The notes under the pieces were generated by a model. The model worked only from the letters and a program-made list of their open reading frames with translations. It was not told the origin of the DNA and did no database searches. A DNA stretch of 38,633 bases, taken from NCBI GenBank assembly GCA_008636045.1, contig SNRW01000030.1, positions 1 to 38,633 of the forward strand, read 5' to 3'. Source of the DNA: Streblomastix strix (lineage: Eukaryota). Positions 25,815-37,855 of this stretch are shown here, one piece after another; the first letter of the stretch is position 1; every line of letters starts with the position of its first letter. Made by a program: the position numbers and the translations under genes.

Positions 25815-27011
25815 ATGCTTTCACAATCCGAAATAGCCAAAGGTAAATTGCTTGTTCATCCTCAAAATATACCAAAGGAAATATACGTTGAACCTATATA
25901 TTAATGTGGTGATGATTTCTATTAACGAACATTAAATAAAAATAATAAACCTTACTATAAGTTACTTAAACGATATGGTAATAATCCAAGTTATCCATAA
26001 CAAGTTTATACATTGATTGAAAAGAGAAATAATGAATATATTAATGATACAATTAAATAGTATAACTAACAGATGAAGGTACTACGTGATAATATGGATA
26101 TAGGTATAAAATTTCGTGAATTAAAAGAAGCAGTTGAATAAATGTAAGCTCAAACAAAATATAATCAATACAATTAATATGGAATTAAATGTCCAGTTAA
26201 TAGTATAGATTACTATATTGAATAATGATTACTGAATATTTTTGGATTAAAAGTGGAATAATAATTAAGCGATTTAGATATGATTGATGAGGACGAATAG
26301 ATTAATTAGTAAGAATAAGTTAGTAAAATAATATAATAATAAGAGGAGTAATAAAAATTAATTAAAGAACGTAATATATTATTAAAACTTATTGATAATG
26401 AGATTATTAAGTATTTTAATTATTTGAGTTAATTCTTTAGGAATTCTATTGATTTTGTTAATTTACATACTGACTAGATTATTCGTGGAGTTAAGACATT
26501 TTTATCACTTATTGTTGCTGGCAAAATTATTAAATAAGGTGGAACAAGTAGTTAAATTCTATTAACTAATTGAGATACTATTGAAAAAGATCAATTAAAT
26601 TATGAACCTATTGAAAATGCACGTTATTCATCAATTGCTTATGGAATGTATGAACATTTAATTTGGGGTACTTTAACAACATAAAATAGTAGAGTATATA
26701 TTTCACTATAAATAACTCACTCTGATCCTAATACTGTATGGTAATCAGGATATACTTTATTCTCAATCGTTGATAATGCTATAAAACCAAAATACTGTGG
26801 AACACCACATAACATACCATTAAATGCTGTTATGTTTGTGTTAAAAGTTATTGGCTATCCGATAGATTGGAATGGAGCAATTCCTATTGATTGTTACATT
26901 AATCCTAATGGAAATGTTATTATAAATACAATGCGTTAGTTAAGTTTTCCTGATGATTTTTGTGTTTAAGTATGTGATTCATATGCAATTCATAATTTAT
27001 CATCTAATTGA
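25815..27011 (+). pseudogene. Fibre-like protein (coiled coil, tail-fibre motifs, beta-rich head) with two in-frame TGA
   Basis: 399-codon frame containing TDQIIRGVKTF and IIKQGGTSSQILLTN*DT. TGA at 26226 and 26571. Confidence 0.6.
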
Positions 27012-27030
27012 CAAATTTAAAAATAAACAA

Positions 27031-27156
27031 ATGGAAGGATTCAATGAAACAATAATCTATTCCCTCGAATAATTAAACATTAACTGGCACGAAATCTTTA
27101 AAGCTATTTGGGAACCAGCTATCAAATATGCCTGCGAATCAAAAATTTGTCGGTGA
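27031..27156 (+). CDS. Small hypothetical protein, 41 aa
   Basis: MEGFNETIIYSLEQLNINWHEIFKAIWEPAIKYACESKICR fills the gap between neighbouring genes. Confidence 0.3.
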
Positions 27157-27222
27157 TAATTTATGCCCGCCAACGAAGTTGGTGAAAAATAATTATTTTT
27201 GCTCTCACTGAGGTTTAATAGC

Positions 27223-29187
27223 TCAACCAGCAAGCTCACCAATTGCATCGATATTTAGTACTTAGGGCATTGTACTGTCATCAAATATAATTCTAACAAA
27301 CGCATCACACAAGTAATGCATCATTGGAGTAATTGATGCTTTAGTAGGATCAGGATATGCTCTAGTTCCAATGAATTATTTGAAATCATTTTAGTTCTAT
27401 AATGGACTTATATTAGTTGTATCAATAATTCCTTTAGTCAAATTTCCTTACAAAATAACTTATATATTAGTTCTAGATCCTATCTTTGAATTGTTATATC
27501 CTCGCATAAATGAATCATCAGTAGCCAATTTCCCTGCAAGCATATATTTGTTAGGATAAAGTGTATTAATAGCTTTACTTCCACTATACAATGTTGTTAA
27601 ATTGAATATGTTAGCTGTTTTATATTAATCGGTATTATTTATCAATCCATAGTAATTTTTCTTATCATCAATATTCAAGTTCTCGAATGTAGGAGAATGA
27701 AATAGATCTGATGGAGCACTAACAACATCTTAATCAACGAAGCAGTCAAACATTTATCCATTAGTTGCTTAATTTAATGATTTATATGGCTATGGGATAA
27801 CATTATTCTAATCAATAACTAGATTTAATCCTATGAATAATACAGGGAAAAACCATGTTGGATATTAAGGCATAGCAAATGTCATAAATAGTGCTTTTAT
27901 GTTAGAGAATGACAAAATACTTTACATTGATCCACTATCTTTATCAAATCCACTAAATGGAAAGTTCGATGATTATGTTCTAAATACTTATGTAGGAAAG
28001 TTAATTATTTTTTGTTTTTGAATCAGACTAATTATATCTTCTTCATTTTCAATATTGAAACATACGTTCTATATCTCCAATATATCGAATTTAGCCGTCC
28101 CAATTTAACTAATTGAATTTTATGGTACCTTATCACCAATAACCGCATTTTACATATTTACAATTCTTACATTATATCTAAGATATTCAAGTCCAGTTGA
28201 ATTTTCTCCTGCTAAAAGATAAACAATATCAGGTTTCTCAGGAGGAATCATATGATAAACTAAATGATTATTCATTATAGTGTCATTTTTATTAAGCCAA
28301 ACAACCTTCAAATCTTATAGGAAATCTTATATCCATAATTAAAGATGTAATATTGCATAATAACGTGTAAGAACAGGGAATGAATTAAATATAGGATTTA
28401 GTTAGTTAAGATCAAGTACTCCACTAAATGTAATATTAAAAGGTATTCTATAATAGAATGGTGTTCCAACGGGTACTGCAATTGATTGTCTATCAATTTC
28501 ACAAAGTGGTATATCAATAAATACTCCACAATGACGTTTTCCTTCAATTATACTTTCTTGTGGTGATACGCTAACACTGTTTTTAGTACACAAATCACTA
28601 AGAGAATTCCCACTAATTACAGCTTATTCTCTTGCATAAATAGCAGATCCCCATAATGCTGTTGCATCTTTCAGTAGTTAGAATTAATAGAATGGTCCAC
28701 AAGCTGTTGAGAAACCGAGCCAAAATTATAGATGTTCCGACTCTTCAATTCCACCTGCTGTTTTACCATAATATCCTTATTACGCTTATGACATATTTGT
28801 AGTCCAATCAGCTGTTGGATCTTCTTTACCATTGAAATTAGTTCGTGCAATTAATTTATCTGCAGTATCCCAATCATTATATGTTTTGTTTAATTATATC
28901 GCTAATGTATTTGCTGGTATAGTAATTGTCCAATTTACCTAACAAGTTTATACCATCGAACATGCAGATTTACCTCTTGCTCCTAATGGTGCTCTAGTAT
29001 ATTTAACTCCACTAGATGTTAGTTCAGTAATAGGAGAATCGAAGAAATTTTGTTTTGATATTTCAAATGTTTGAGGATGAATAGATAATGTTTTTATAAC
29101 TTCTCCAAGTTACATATATCCACTAACGTAATCAGAATGTTGCATTTTTGCTAATCGTCCAAGATAATCACTGGATTTGAATGACAT
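27223..29187 (-). CDS. Probable major capsid protein (double jelly-roll inferred), 654 aa
   Basis: Uninterrupted 655-codon frame MSFKSSDYLGRL...IDAIGELAG with beta-strand-like alternating hydrophobic segments. It is the largest unassigned ORF beside the ATPase and PolB. The fold is inferred from size and context. Confidence 0.65.
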
Positions 29188-29252
29188 TTCATTGAAACAA
29201 AAATTAAAGAACTGAAGAGATGTTTATGTTAAAAGTTTTTATAATAAATCAA

Positions 29253-29459
29253 ATGGGTTTCTTCTCCGGTATAGCAAATTTTGGGTCAAAAATATTAGGT
29301 GGCGTTAAGAAAGCTGCATAATGGGTTGCACCAGCATTGCATAAAGTTTTGTCCACAATATCAGGTCCTGTTAGTATGATTCATTCTGCTATTGGAGGAG
29401 CATTAGGTGCAGGAGCTAATCTCGCAGGTGCGGTGGATCGATTAGTTAATAAACGCTGA
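29253..29459 (+). CDS. 68-aa amphipathic Gly/Ala-rich peptide resembling adenovirus protein VI membrane-lytic helix
   Basis: MGFFSGIANFGSKILGGVKKAAQWVAPALHKVLSTISGPVSMIHSAIGGALGAGANLAGAVDRLVNKR. Confidence 0.7.
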
Positions 29460-29485
29460 TGTCAGCATAATTTATTTTTATTGAA

Positions 29486-31098
29486 ATGAACAACACATTA
29501 TCCCAACAATAAATCCGTACAGTTAGATAACTTATCACTAACGATATAGCTTATTATATCCAATATTCGAAACGTGATAATTCAGGATAGAGTTTGATGT
29601 CAAATGATGAATATCAGTTATTTATAGATAATGATGGTGCATTAGAATATACTGCTAATAATTTAATCGTTGATGGAATGGCATCTGATTTTGCACTAAA
29701 AACAGATCCTCTGGGATTACTAACGATAAAGAATCTGAAAGTGATTAATTTTGATTTTGTGGCTTAGATAGTGTAGCTGGATAATGAAATGAATTAATTA
29801 TAAGCATAAGTTGGTTCGTTAGAAGCAGATATTAGTGATCTGTAATAAGATGTAGCAGTTTTTCAATAAGAATTAACTAGATAATAACACTTTAGAGGAT
29901 ATTATTTGACCATATAAGAAATATATAATTTACCTAATGCTGCAGATGGTGATTAAGCTTATTCAGCGGAAGATTTATAAGAATATATTTATGATAGTTA
30001 ATCTCCATAATCAATTAAATGGGTTCAAAGTGGTCATACTGTTCCTGATTAATTAGCTCCTGCAAGTGATTCATTACCATTAGTTGATGGAATAGCAGCA
30101 GCAGGAATTTCAAATGAATATTCTAGAGGAGATCATAGACATCCAATTAATGTATCAACAACGTTACCGGAGAAGGGTAGTTCTTCAGGTAATGTAGGAA
30201 CATAAACTACATTGGCTAGAAGTGATCATTTACATCCTCTATAATTCTCATCAAATACTCTAGCAACTGATTCAACAACAGGATCTTATGGTTCAACAAC
30301 AGATTATGCATTATCAAATCATTCACATCCCATTAATGTAGAAACTAATGCTGGAAATATTCCAAAACCAGGTAGATAAGGAGATAATGGTACATCAACG
30401 TTTTACGCTAGAAATGATCATATTCATCCACTAAGTGTATCAGTATAAGATCCACTTCCTGATGGAGAAGCAGCAGCAGGTGTAGCTAACACATATGCTA
30501 GAAGTGATCATGTACATCCATTAAGTGTTTCATCAGCTGTACCGATTAAAGATACAATAAATGGCTTCGTTGGAACATAAACTACATTTTCACGTTCCGA
30601 TCATGCTCATCCACTAAATGTAACAATAGCAATTCCTAAATCTGATTCACCTTTAGGTACAGCGGGAACATCAATATTTTATGCACGGGCTGATCATTCA
30701 CATCCGGGATTTTATAGTACTGCTTTACCTAAAGTAGATCGTGGATCAGGTATTATCGGTACATCAGCTATGTACCTAGAGTTGACCATGCTCATGATGC
30801 AAATTATAATCCATTTCCATTAAACGTACCAGCAGTAAATTAAGCTGGAGGAAGTAATGGTATCGCAACATAATATGCAAGAAGTGATCACATTCATCCT
30901 TAGCAATTAACTTATACAGATAGCATAATGGCTACAGCCTTTATTAGAACTAATGGACTATCTACTCATGTTTTGCTGGGTGATGGTTATATAAAAGTAC
31001 TTAGTACATTTGTATTATGGGGTGATTCAACTACTGGATTATGGGAAAATAATAACATATTGTACTACAATGGTAAATAAGTATTATTGGCTGATTGA
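29486..31098 (+). CDS. Fibre protein: coiled coil + nine ~28-aa YARSDHxHP repeats + tail-fibre-like C-terminus; one frameshift near 30776
   Basis: Heptads LDNEMNQLQAQVGSLEADISDLQQDVAVFQQEL. Repeats YSRGDHRHP, LARSDHLHP, YARNDHIHP, YARSDHVHP and others. C-terminal AFIRTNGLSTHVLLGDG. Confidence 0.8.
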
Positions 31099-31118
31099 TG
31101 AATTTATTTTTGAAATAA

Positions 31119-31577
31119 ACGGATAAACAATAAAAGTAACCGATAAAGTAATTGTTCAATGAATTAGTTAAATAGCACTTTTAAGACAATGATACAATTA
31201 AAGTTACAATTGATGCATTATAAAATTTGTTAAAGAATGATGCAAAAGAATAAATCCATCCATTACTATAAAAATTAATAAGAATCAATAAAATGTTCAC
31301 TAATCAATAACAATAATTATAAAATATAAAGAAGATGGTAGATGAAGAAGATTATAAAAATAAGTTATTTAATGAATAGGATAAGTACTTCAAAAATAAA
31401 TACATATTAATCAAAAAGTCATTAGATCTAAACAATTAACCATAACAGATAAAAAAATACATTATCTCTGAAGCTAGCGAAGAAGAGAAATAGATTTATA
31501 ACTAATTTGTGAATGATGAATAATACAGTAACTTTGTCAATTATTATTAGCTTAATTTAAAATAATAAGATTGTTGA
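31119..31577 (+). pseudogene. Hypothetical helical viral protein, degraded
   Basis: Frame (ACG)DKQQKQPIKQLFNELVK...EASEEEKQI with a probably mutated start and a late frameshift. Confidence 0.35.
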
Positions 31578-32205
31578 TATATTATATGTACATAATTATC
31601 TCTTCAATTTAATCTTACATTGGTTCGATAAAACAGTAATCTTTTTTGAATTATTCATACAATTATTTTTCCTACTAATCTAAATCATTTGTCTCGATTA
31701 GTGCTTCAAATATTTTGAAAATCTCATACTCAGACGCATTATACTATTCACCAATACTTCTAGCTAAACTATACAATTATTCCATTTAATTAATTTCAAA
31801 CAATTTATTTATTGGGTTAATTTAACATTTTAAGATACAAGATATATCTCCAATGAGTTGCCAATTCCAAATCTTTATTAGATATTGCTTCATTCAAAAA
31901 TGTTTCGATTTATTCTACAGACAGCTATGACCAATGAATGCGTGGTTAATTCTTATCCATTTTTCTTTTGTAAAAGAATTGTATAATGTAAATCGTTATA
32001 TTTTATGGAACCAATACTATATCGAAATAACTCCATAAAGTTTTTATTACATTAACTATATTCAATAATTTAGTAGGAATTGATACAGATATAATAGATG
32101 TTACAAAATTAACGCCACTGAACATGTAATTCATTATCCCCCGTATTAACTATAATATATTGCAACTATGTTGCCGTGCTTTAACACACATTTAATATTT
32201 TTAAA

Positions 32206-33222
32206 ATGTCACTACAAGAATTATAAGATATCACATTTACAAATCAAGATCTATTGAATGAATATAAAACTAAGCCATTAACCAAGAATTCACTGTTCCT
32301 GATTAATGTAAACCATTATATTGTTGGAGCTGTTGGTAGTGGTAAAGCAACATTAATGTGTAAGCTAGTTGTAGTATATATGAAAGTAATCGATCCCTTT
32401 ATATTATACTTCTCGAATTATGGTGCTGATGAAACTATGGCATTAAACCTAAACAGTATGAACATTTAACTAACGAATGTGACATATGTAGAAGCAATGA
32501 TATTTCTACCTGAATTTGATGAGATAAAATATTCTACTAAAGAGATGTATACTTGATACAAAATGAATGAGTAAAAATAATCTTATACTAGCGATTTCAT
32601 TAAGAGAATGGAAGAACAAATTATATAAAATAATGAGATTAAAAAGAATGAAAAACCTAATAATTATCTTAATAGAATTGCTGAACTATAAAATCAGAAA
32701 GTAATCGAAACCATTAATACATATAGCTAACCAACCAAAATATTGAGATTCGATATACCAGCGCTAATTCAAAATGTTAGCTACTAAAAGAAATTCAAAA
32801 TAGTAGATGAAGATCAGGTTGATGTAAAAATATTGAAAATACCTATATTAGAAAATGCTCAATTACTCAATACATTAATACTATTCGATGATATAGGCTC
32901 TAATGCAGATATCTAACGATTCAGTTCATAATTATCTAAAACAATAACACATGTTGTTAATGATTCAAGACATAGTAAAAATACTATCTTCTTTATAGCT
33001 TAACGTCCGACTTATTTATTCAAGACAGCAAGAATATTAACACATGTGATCTGTCGAGGTATAAACATCGGTGAGAGTGATCTTAAACAGGTTTATGAGG
33101 AAAATACCATATAAAATTTAAGTTTTGATGAATTCATGATATTATATGGATCGTTAAAGAAATATGAGTTTATCATATTGAATAAGTGGATGGAAAAATT
33201 TGTGATTCTCAAAAATAAATGA
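32206..33222 (+). CDS. A32/FtsK-HerA-type genome packaging ATPase, 338 aa
   Basis: Walker A YIVGAVGSGKAT, Walker B TLILFDDIG, then SRH and IFFIAQ motifs typical of the family. Confidence 0.88.
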
Positions 33223-34953
33223 TCATTCATACGAATAGTCTTTCACAGTGAGTCCGAAAATATACGGGCAACAACTCTAATCGGAAAGTACGATGGCTTT
33301 TGTATGTATACCAGTTATATCATTCTTTTCTATAGATAACTAGCTCATTTAATGGTTCTTCTAACCCAATCTCATATTAGTACATTTTGTTATCTTACCT
33401 TCATTAACACAATCGACTATCTACTCTTTAGTCATCTTGTTAGTCTTCTAATTAACTCCTTTTAATTTTATTTTTGAATTTGCACAGTAGTTAGTTTCTA
33501 TCATATAATTTTTTGGAGCTAGAGCATACATAGCAGTTCCCTGTCGTTCGATTGCTAATCCTAATATCTTTTTCTCATCATAAACATTTCCTTTAATCCC
33601 TGTGCCTGCTGTGCAGCTGGGGAAGAAGTACTTAACATTATCGTTATAAAAATCTGTGTCTTTAATTACAGCATTAAATTACTAAGTAAAATCTTCGTTT
33701 GGATTTCCATTAATAGCCCAATAAGCTGAATCAGTATCTCCCTCGATAAAATGTATGCGATTAATATCGAAGCACTTGTACATGAAGTTATATATGAAGT
33801 TTAAATACCAATATTTAGCATTATCTAATACAAAGAATGCTACTTATAAAGGTGTTTTACAACTACAATGTTCAGGATTCATTTATGTAATATAGCTGTC
33901 ATCGGATATCTTTTACTCATCCATGAAGGCATTAGATCTAATAGCTCTTTCTGTTTACTTTCTATTCATTATTTTAACTTTATGATATTCCTCTGTGTTC
34001 ATACCATCACTTCCATATGAGCTATTCATAACTATCTTGAAGAACTATTCTTATCCCATATTCTCGTCTAATTTTGTTTCAATTCTGTTTTTAGTAAATT
34101 GCTTAATAAATGAATTGAATTAATCATGTTTATTGAATAACACTATCTATCTCACATCATCAATTACAAAATGACAATCATCGATTAAGAACCATAAATA
34201 GTATGAGCTAAATGTTATGAATTCTCCCATAGTTGATGATAGATTATTTAGCTTTCTTTATTTTTGATCTGTCTTTATCTTATTATCTTTCATATGATTA
34301 TACATATAACTACCAATAGTTCTTTCATCAGTTGTGAATTCATAGTTCCTTAGAATTGGTGGGAAGTAAATGAAATCGTTCAAGTAATTCTCATCAATAT
34401 GACCTTTAACTTCAGCAACGAATAATTGACCATCTTCTGTGAATCTCTTCTTACTATTAATTATTCTTAATATAGCTTATTTTGAATGATCATCATTTCC
34501 CTCAATCTTTCCTGTTTATGATCCACACATATACATTTTTCCTCCCGTGTATTTAAAAAATTTATGAGGCTCTGATGACATTACACAAGGATATAAAGAA
34601 TTAAAATCAACACCAACTACACGAGTTATTCGGTGATCAGTTGTTAAAACAGTATCTTTCTTATTATCTTTATCATATTATATTCGTTTAATAAAATCAA
34701 TTCCTGATCTATTAACTCGATGCATTACATTTGATAACCCACCAGTTATCCACTTTCTGATTAAATGATATACATCAATATCTGTAAGGTTAGTTGGTAA
34801 GCACCTTATCAAGCAATATTTACGTAATTATATGAACAATTTTCCTATATTTTTGTCTTTGTTAGAACAGAAGCAATTGCAATATAAACAGCAAGGCTAA
34901 ACGTTATCTTTTGAATGACCCTTTGAATTATCGATTCTATCTAATGTTGGTAT
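33223..34953 (-). CDS. polB: Family B (Polinton-type, probably protein-primed) DNA polymerase, 5'-truncated
   Basis: ITGG, VDFNSLYP, KIVMNSSYG, EGDTDS, PKNY and KLKGV. 577 codons are open, but the N-terminal exonuclease part is absent. Confidence 0.92.
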
Positions 34954-34954
34954 A

Positions 34955-35100
34955 CACTAGATTCCGGTTATTTCGTACACCGGGTAATTCGGATCACCGT
35001 TTAATTCGGATTTTTCTTCAAAATAAATTGAAAAACTGAAAAAAATGTTAAATTTTTATGGATAATCCGGATTTAAATTTTATTTAATTCGGATTAAAAA
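34955..35100 (+). mobile_element. Probable end of a TA-targeting (Tc1/pogo-like) DNA transposon that interrupts polB
   Basis: TA|CACTAGATTCCGGTTATTTCG followed by repeated taat(t/c)cgga subterminal motifs exactly where polB coding stops. No partner end was found. Confidence 0.5.
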
Positions 35101-35923
35101 TCAAAAATTAATATACATCATTTATCTAAATTATATGAAAAATATATTAATTTTTGAAAAATTTTAAAAAAAATATTAATTTTTTAAAAAAAATTTTTAA
35201 GTTAAATTTTCTCAATTGTGTCTCAATAAATAGGGGATGGTTTATAATATTGATTATATATTATATGGAATATTAATATTATATAGTATTTCATTTGTTA
35301 TATTAACTTAATTTTTTCCAAAAAAGTTTAAAAGAAATCCTTGTGATATACATTGCCAATTCACCTCAGTCTGTTATAAAAAAATAGCTCAGACTTAAAT
35401 TCAAAACTCTGTTACTTCAAAACTGCTATTCCTTCTTTTGGAATGAAGGCTTTTTCGAATTATTCGCTCATTTCAGCCAAGCACAGCTTCACTTATTCAA
35501 ATTATATCAATTATTTTATTTATAATTATTAACAAATGCAATTTTTCACAAATTCAACCATATTTATGCACAACCTGACAATATTTTATGATTTGAATTA
35601 AAATACTTTTTATTCATGCATTTGCTTACTAATTTTATACATCCATATTTATATTAAATTATTTTATTATTTATATTATTTCATTGTTTTAAAATATATT
35701 CTCAGTTTGTGGACATCGCATCGTTTTTGAATTTACAAATTACGGAAGATTCTTCAATAATTCCGATGAATTATTCGTGATTTGAGGCAAATTCAATCAA
35801 TTAGTGTGGTAAAATTGATTATAAGAACATGATACTCTTCAATAATGATATTTATTAAGATAAAAAAAGCAGAATCTGAACAACTACAGTTATTGATTAA
35901 GAAGATATATATATATATATATT

Positions 35924-37063
35924 GGGACAAAATTATGAGATATGGCAGCTTATGATATGTTTCACAAATTTTTTAAAAAATTTGGACCAATTGGAGAAGA
36001 AGCATCATACTGATATTTCCTAACATGAACTTTTCATTTTTGATGATATAGGTGCAACAATCTATTCAGGAAGATGAAATGGAAAAATTGTATAATATAG
36101 AATAAATAATTCATTGAATAGTATGATTCCACTATTAAAGGCACTTGAAAAGTCTGTTGTATTTGGGGATGTCAACCAACAGGATGTTCAATAATTGTAC
36201 CTACTTTGGATGCTGAGCTTGCTAGATCGTGTCATCGTAATGGTGTTCGTGGTGTTGCATTTACACAATCAACTTCAGAGATTCTTGCAACATACGGCTA
36301 TGGTGGTATTATATTATGACATCTTGAATCTGGAATTAAACTAGCATGAATTGAAGTACTTAATGTTGAATGTCTTTGTGTCGGTTTCAATCCATGTAGA
36401 ACTTAAATGATTTATGGATGGAGTTATGATAATATCAGATAATTTGGACCAGAACCTGGGAGACTTTTACATGCAATTAACGTTATAAAAAAGAATGCAA
36501 CAAATACCACGGCATTCCATAATTCATCAGCATATGTAAGTGGAAGACAAGAAGTTCAAGTGCGTTTGCGGATGCGTGTTTGTGATATTCAATATCTTGT
36601 AGCCGCAATGGAAAAGCTTAGAATGGTTGTAAATGCAGTTTGTATAACATATGAAGGTCTTGAATATATATGCAGTAGATCTGATTGTTAGATGATTATT
36701 TAGGAACGCTATTTTAATTTGAAAGTTAATTATTATTTGTTTTATAATTTTAATATTAATTAAATAATTCATAATTATTTCACTTATATATTTGTTATTT
36801 GTTATTAATATCATATATGTCGCATTCATCTCAAGCAAATGATCAAGACAATAAACTTCCAAGGTATATACTATTTGTTAGCTAACTCACAATTCATTAC
36901 ATGCGGCCCAGATCGATTTGTTACATAATTCAATGCATTTTAAAGGAAACAACATCGTGAAGTTGAATTACCAGAAGAAGAACTGTTTGGTATAGCTGTA
37001 GACTCATTAGAGATGAAATTTGTTATAGCGAGTGCTGATCAATTGGATAGAATTTTAAGATTT
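35924..37063 (+). pseudogene. CFAP52: Degenerate partial copy of the flagellar WD40 protein CFAP52/WDR16
   Basis: SCHRNGVRGVAF..SEILAT..IIL*HL..LA*IEVLNVECLCV..GWSYDNIRQFGPEPGRLLHAIN, then after an intron-like gap SQFITCGPDRFV..REVE. This matches the CFAP52 sequence pattern from memory. TGA at 36317 and 36347. Confidence 0.75.
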
Positions 37064-37855
37064 ATACTAAGATTTTATTATTTATATTAAATATTATTTA
37101 GAAACTTGTTTTCGTTATTTATGATGTATTTTAAATAATTAGATATGCATATTGAAGAAAAAATTTCCTATTATTATATATATGAAGCAAATATTTAGTA
37201 AAAAATCTATCATAAAACATCCTAAACGTTTTATACAATAAATAATCTACCAACTGTTTTTTATTCATTATAATTTGTATTATTTTGTAACATGAAATAC
37301 ATTTATTACTTAATTCAAACAATTTACATTTCGCACATTGAGTAACAGTTTTCCTTGATTTTTGTGTTTATCTTTGATTTTTATCTTATAAATAATATTT
37401 TTTTAATTTAATGTATATATTTTTTAGCGCAGCTACGCAATATTTAATAAGATATTCTTACACTTCGTCAAGAAATGAAGTCATACACATATATATATAT
37501 ATATATATATAATTAACAAATTAAACCTTTGAGAAGTACTAATATTTATTATTTTTATAAAATATTTTTATACTTCAAGCATATACTGGTCTTTCATTTC
37601 ATTTTTTTATTATTTTTACCTTTAAATTCAAAAAAAATCATAGCAAATAAACAATATATAAGATTTGAATTTAATTTTATTATTTTGCTATATCATCATG
37701 ATCCAAGCCAAATCGGCCGAACCAGCCAAGACTATCCTCTCATTGCTTATTAAATATACCAATTTAATATTGAAAATATTTAAATATTTTGTACAAACAA
37801 ATAATTGTTGCGAAAATCTAAACTCAAAATATTAAATCTTTTTATTAATTTTATT

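Larger units (their letters stand above)
23198..34954. mobile_element. Endogenous Polinton/Maverick-like virus (left ~11.8 kb; right part missing)
   Basis: Starts AGTAGTATAGT. Densely packed intronless ORFs on both strands include PolB, an FtsK/A32-type ATPase, a capsid-sized beta-rich ORF and fibre-like ORFs. Confidence 0.85.

Noticed and set aside
31580..32190. Small minus-strand ORFs between the helical ORF and the ATPase
   Set aside because: Probably viral genes, but several frames are open and boundaries could not be fixed.
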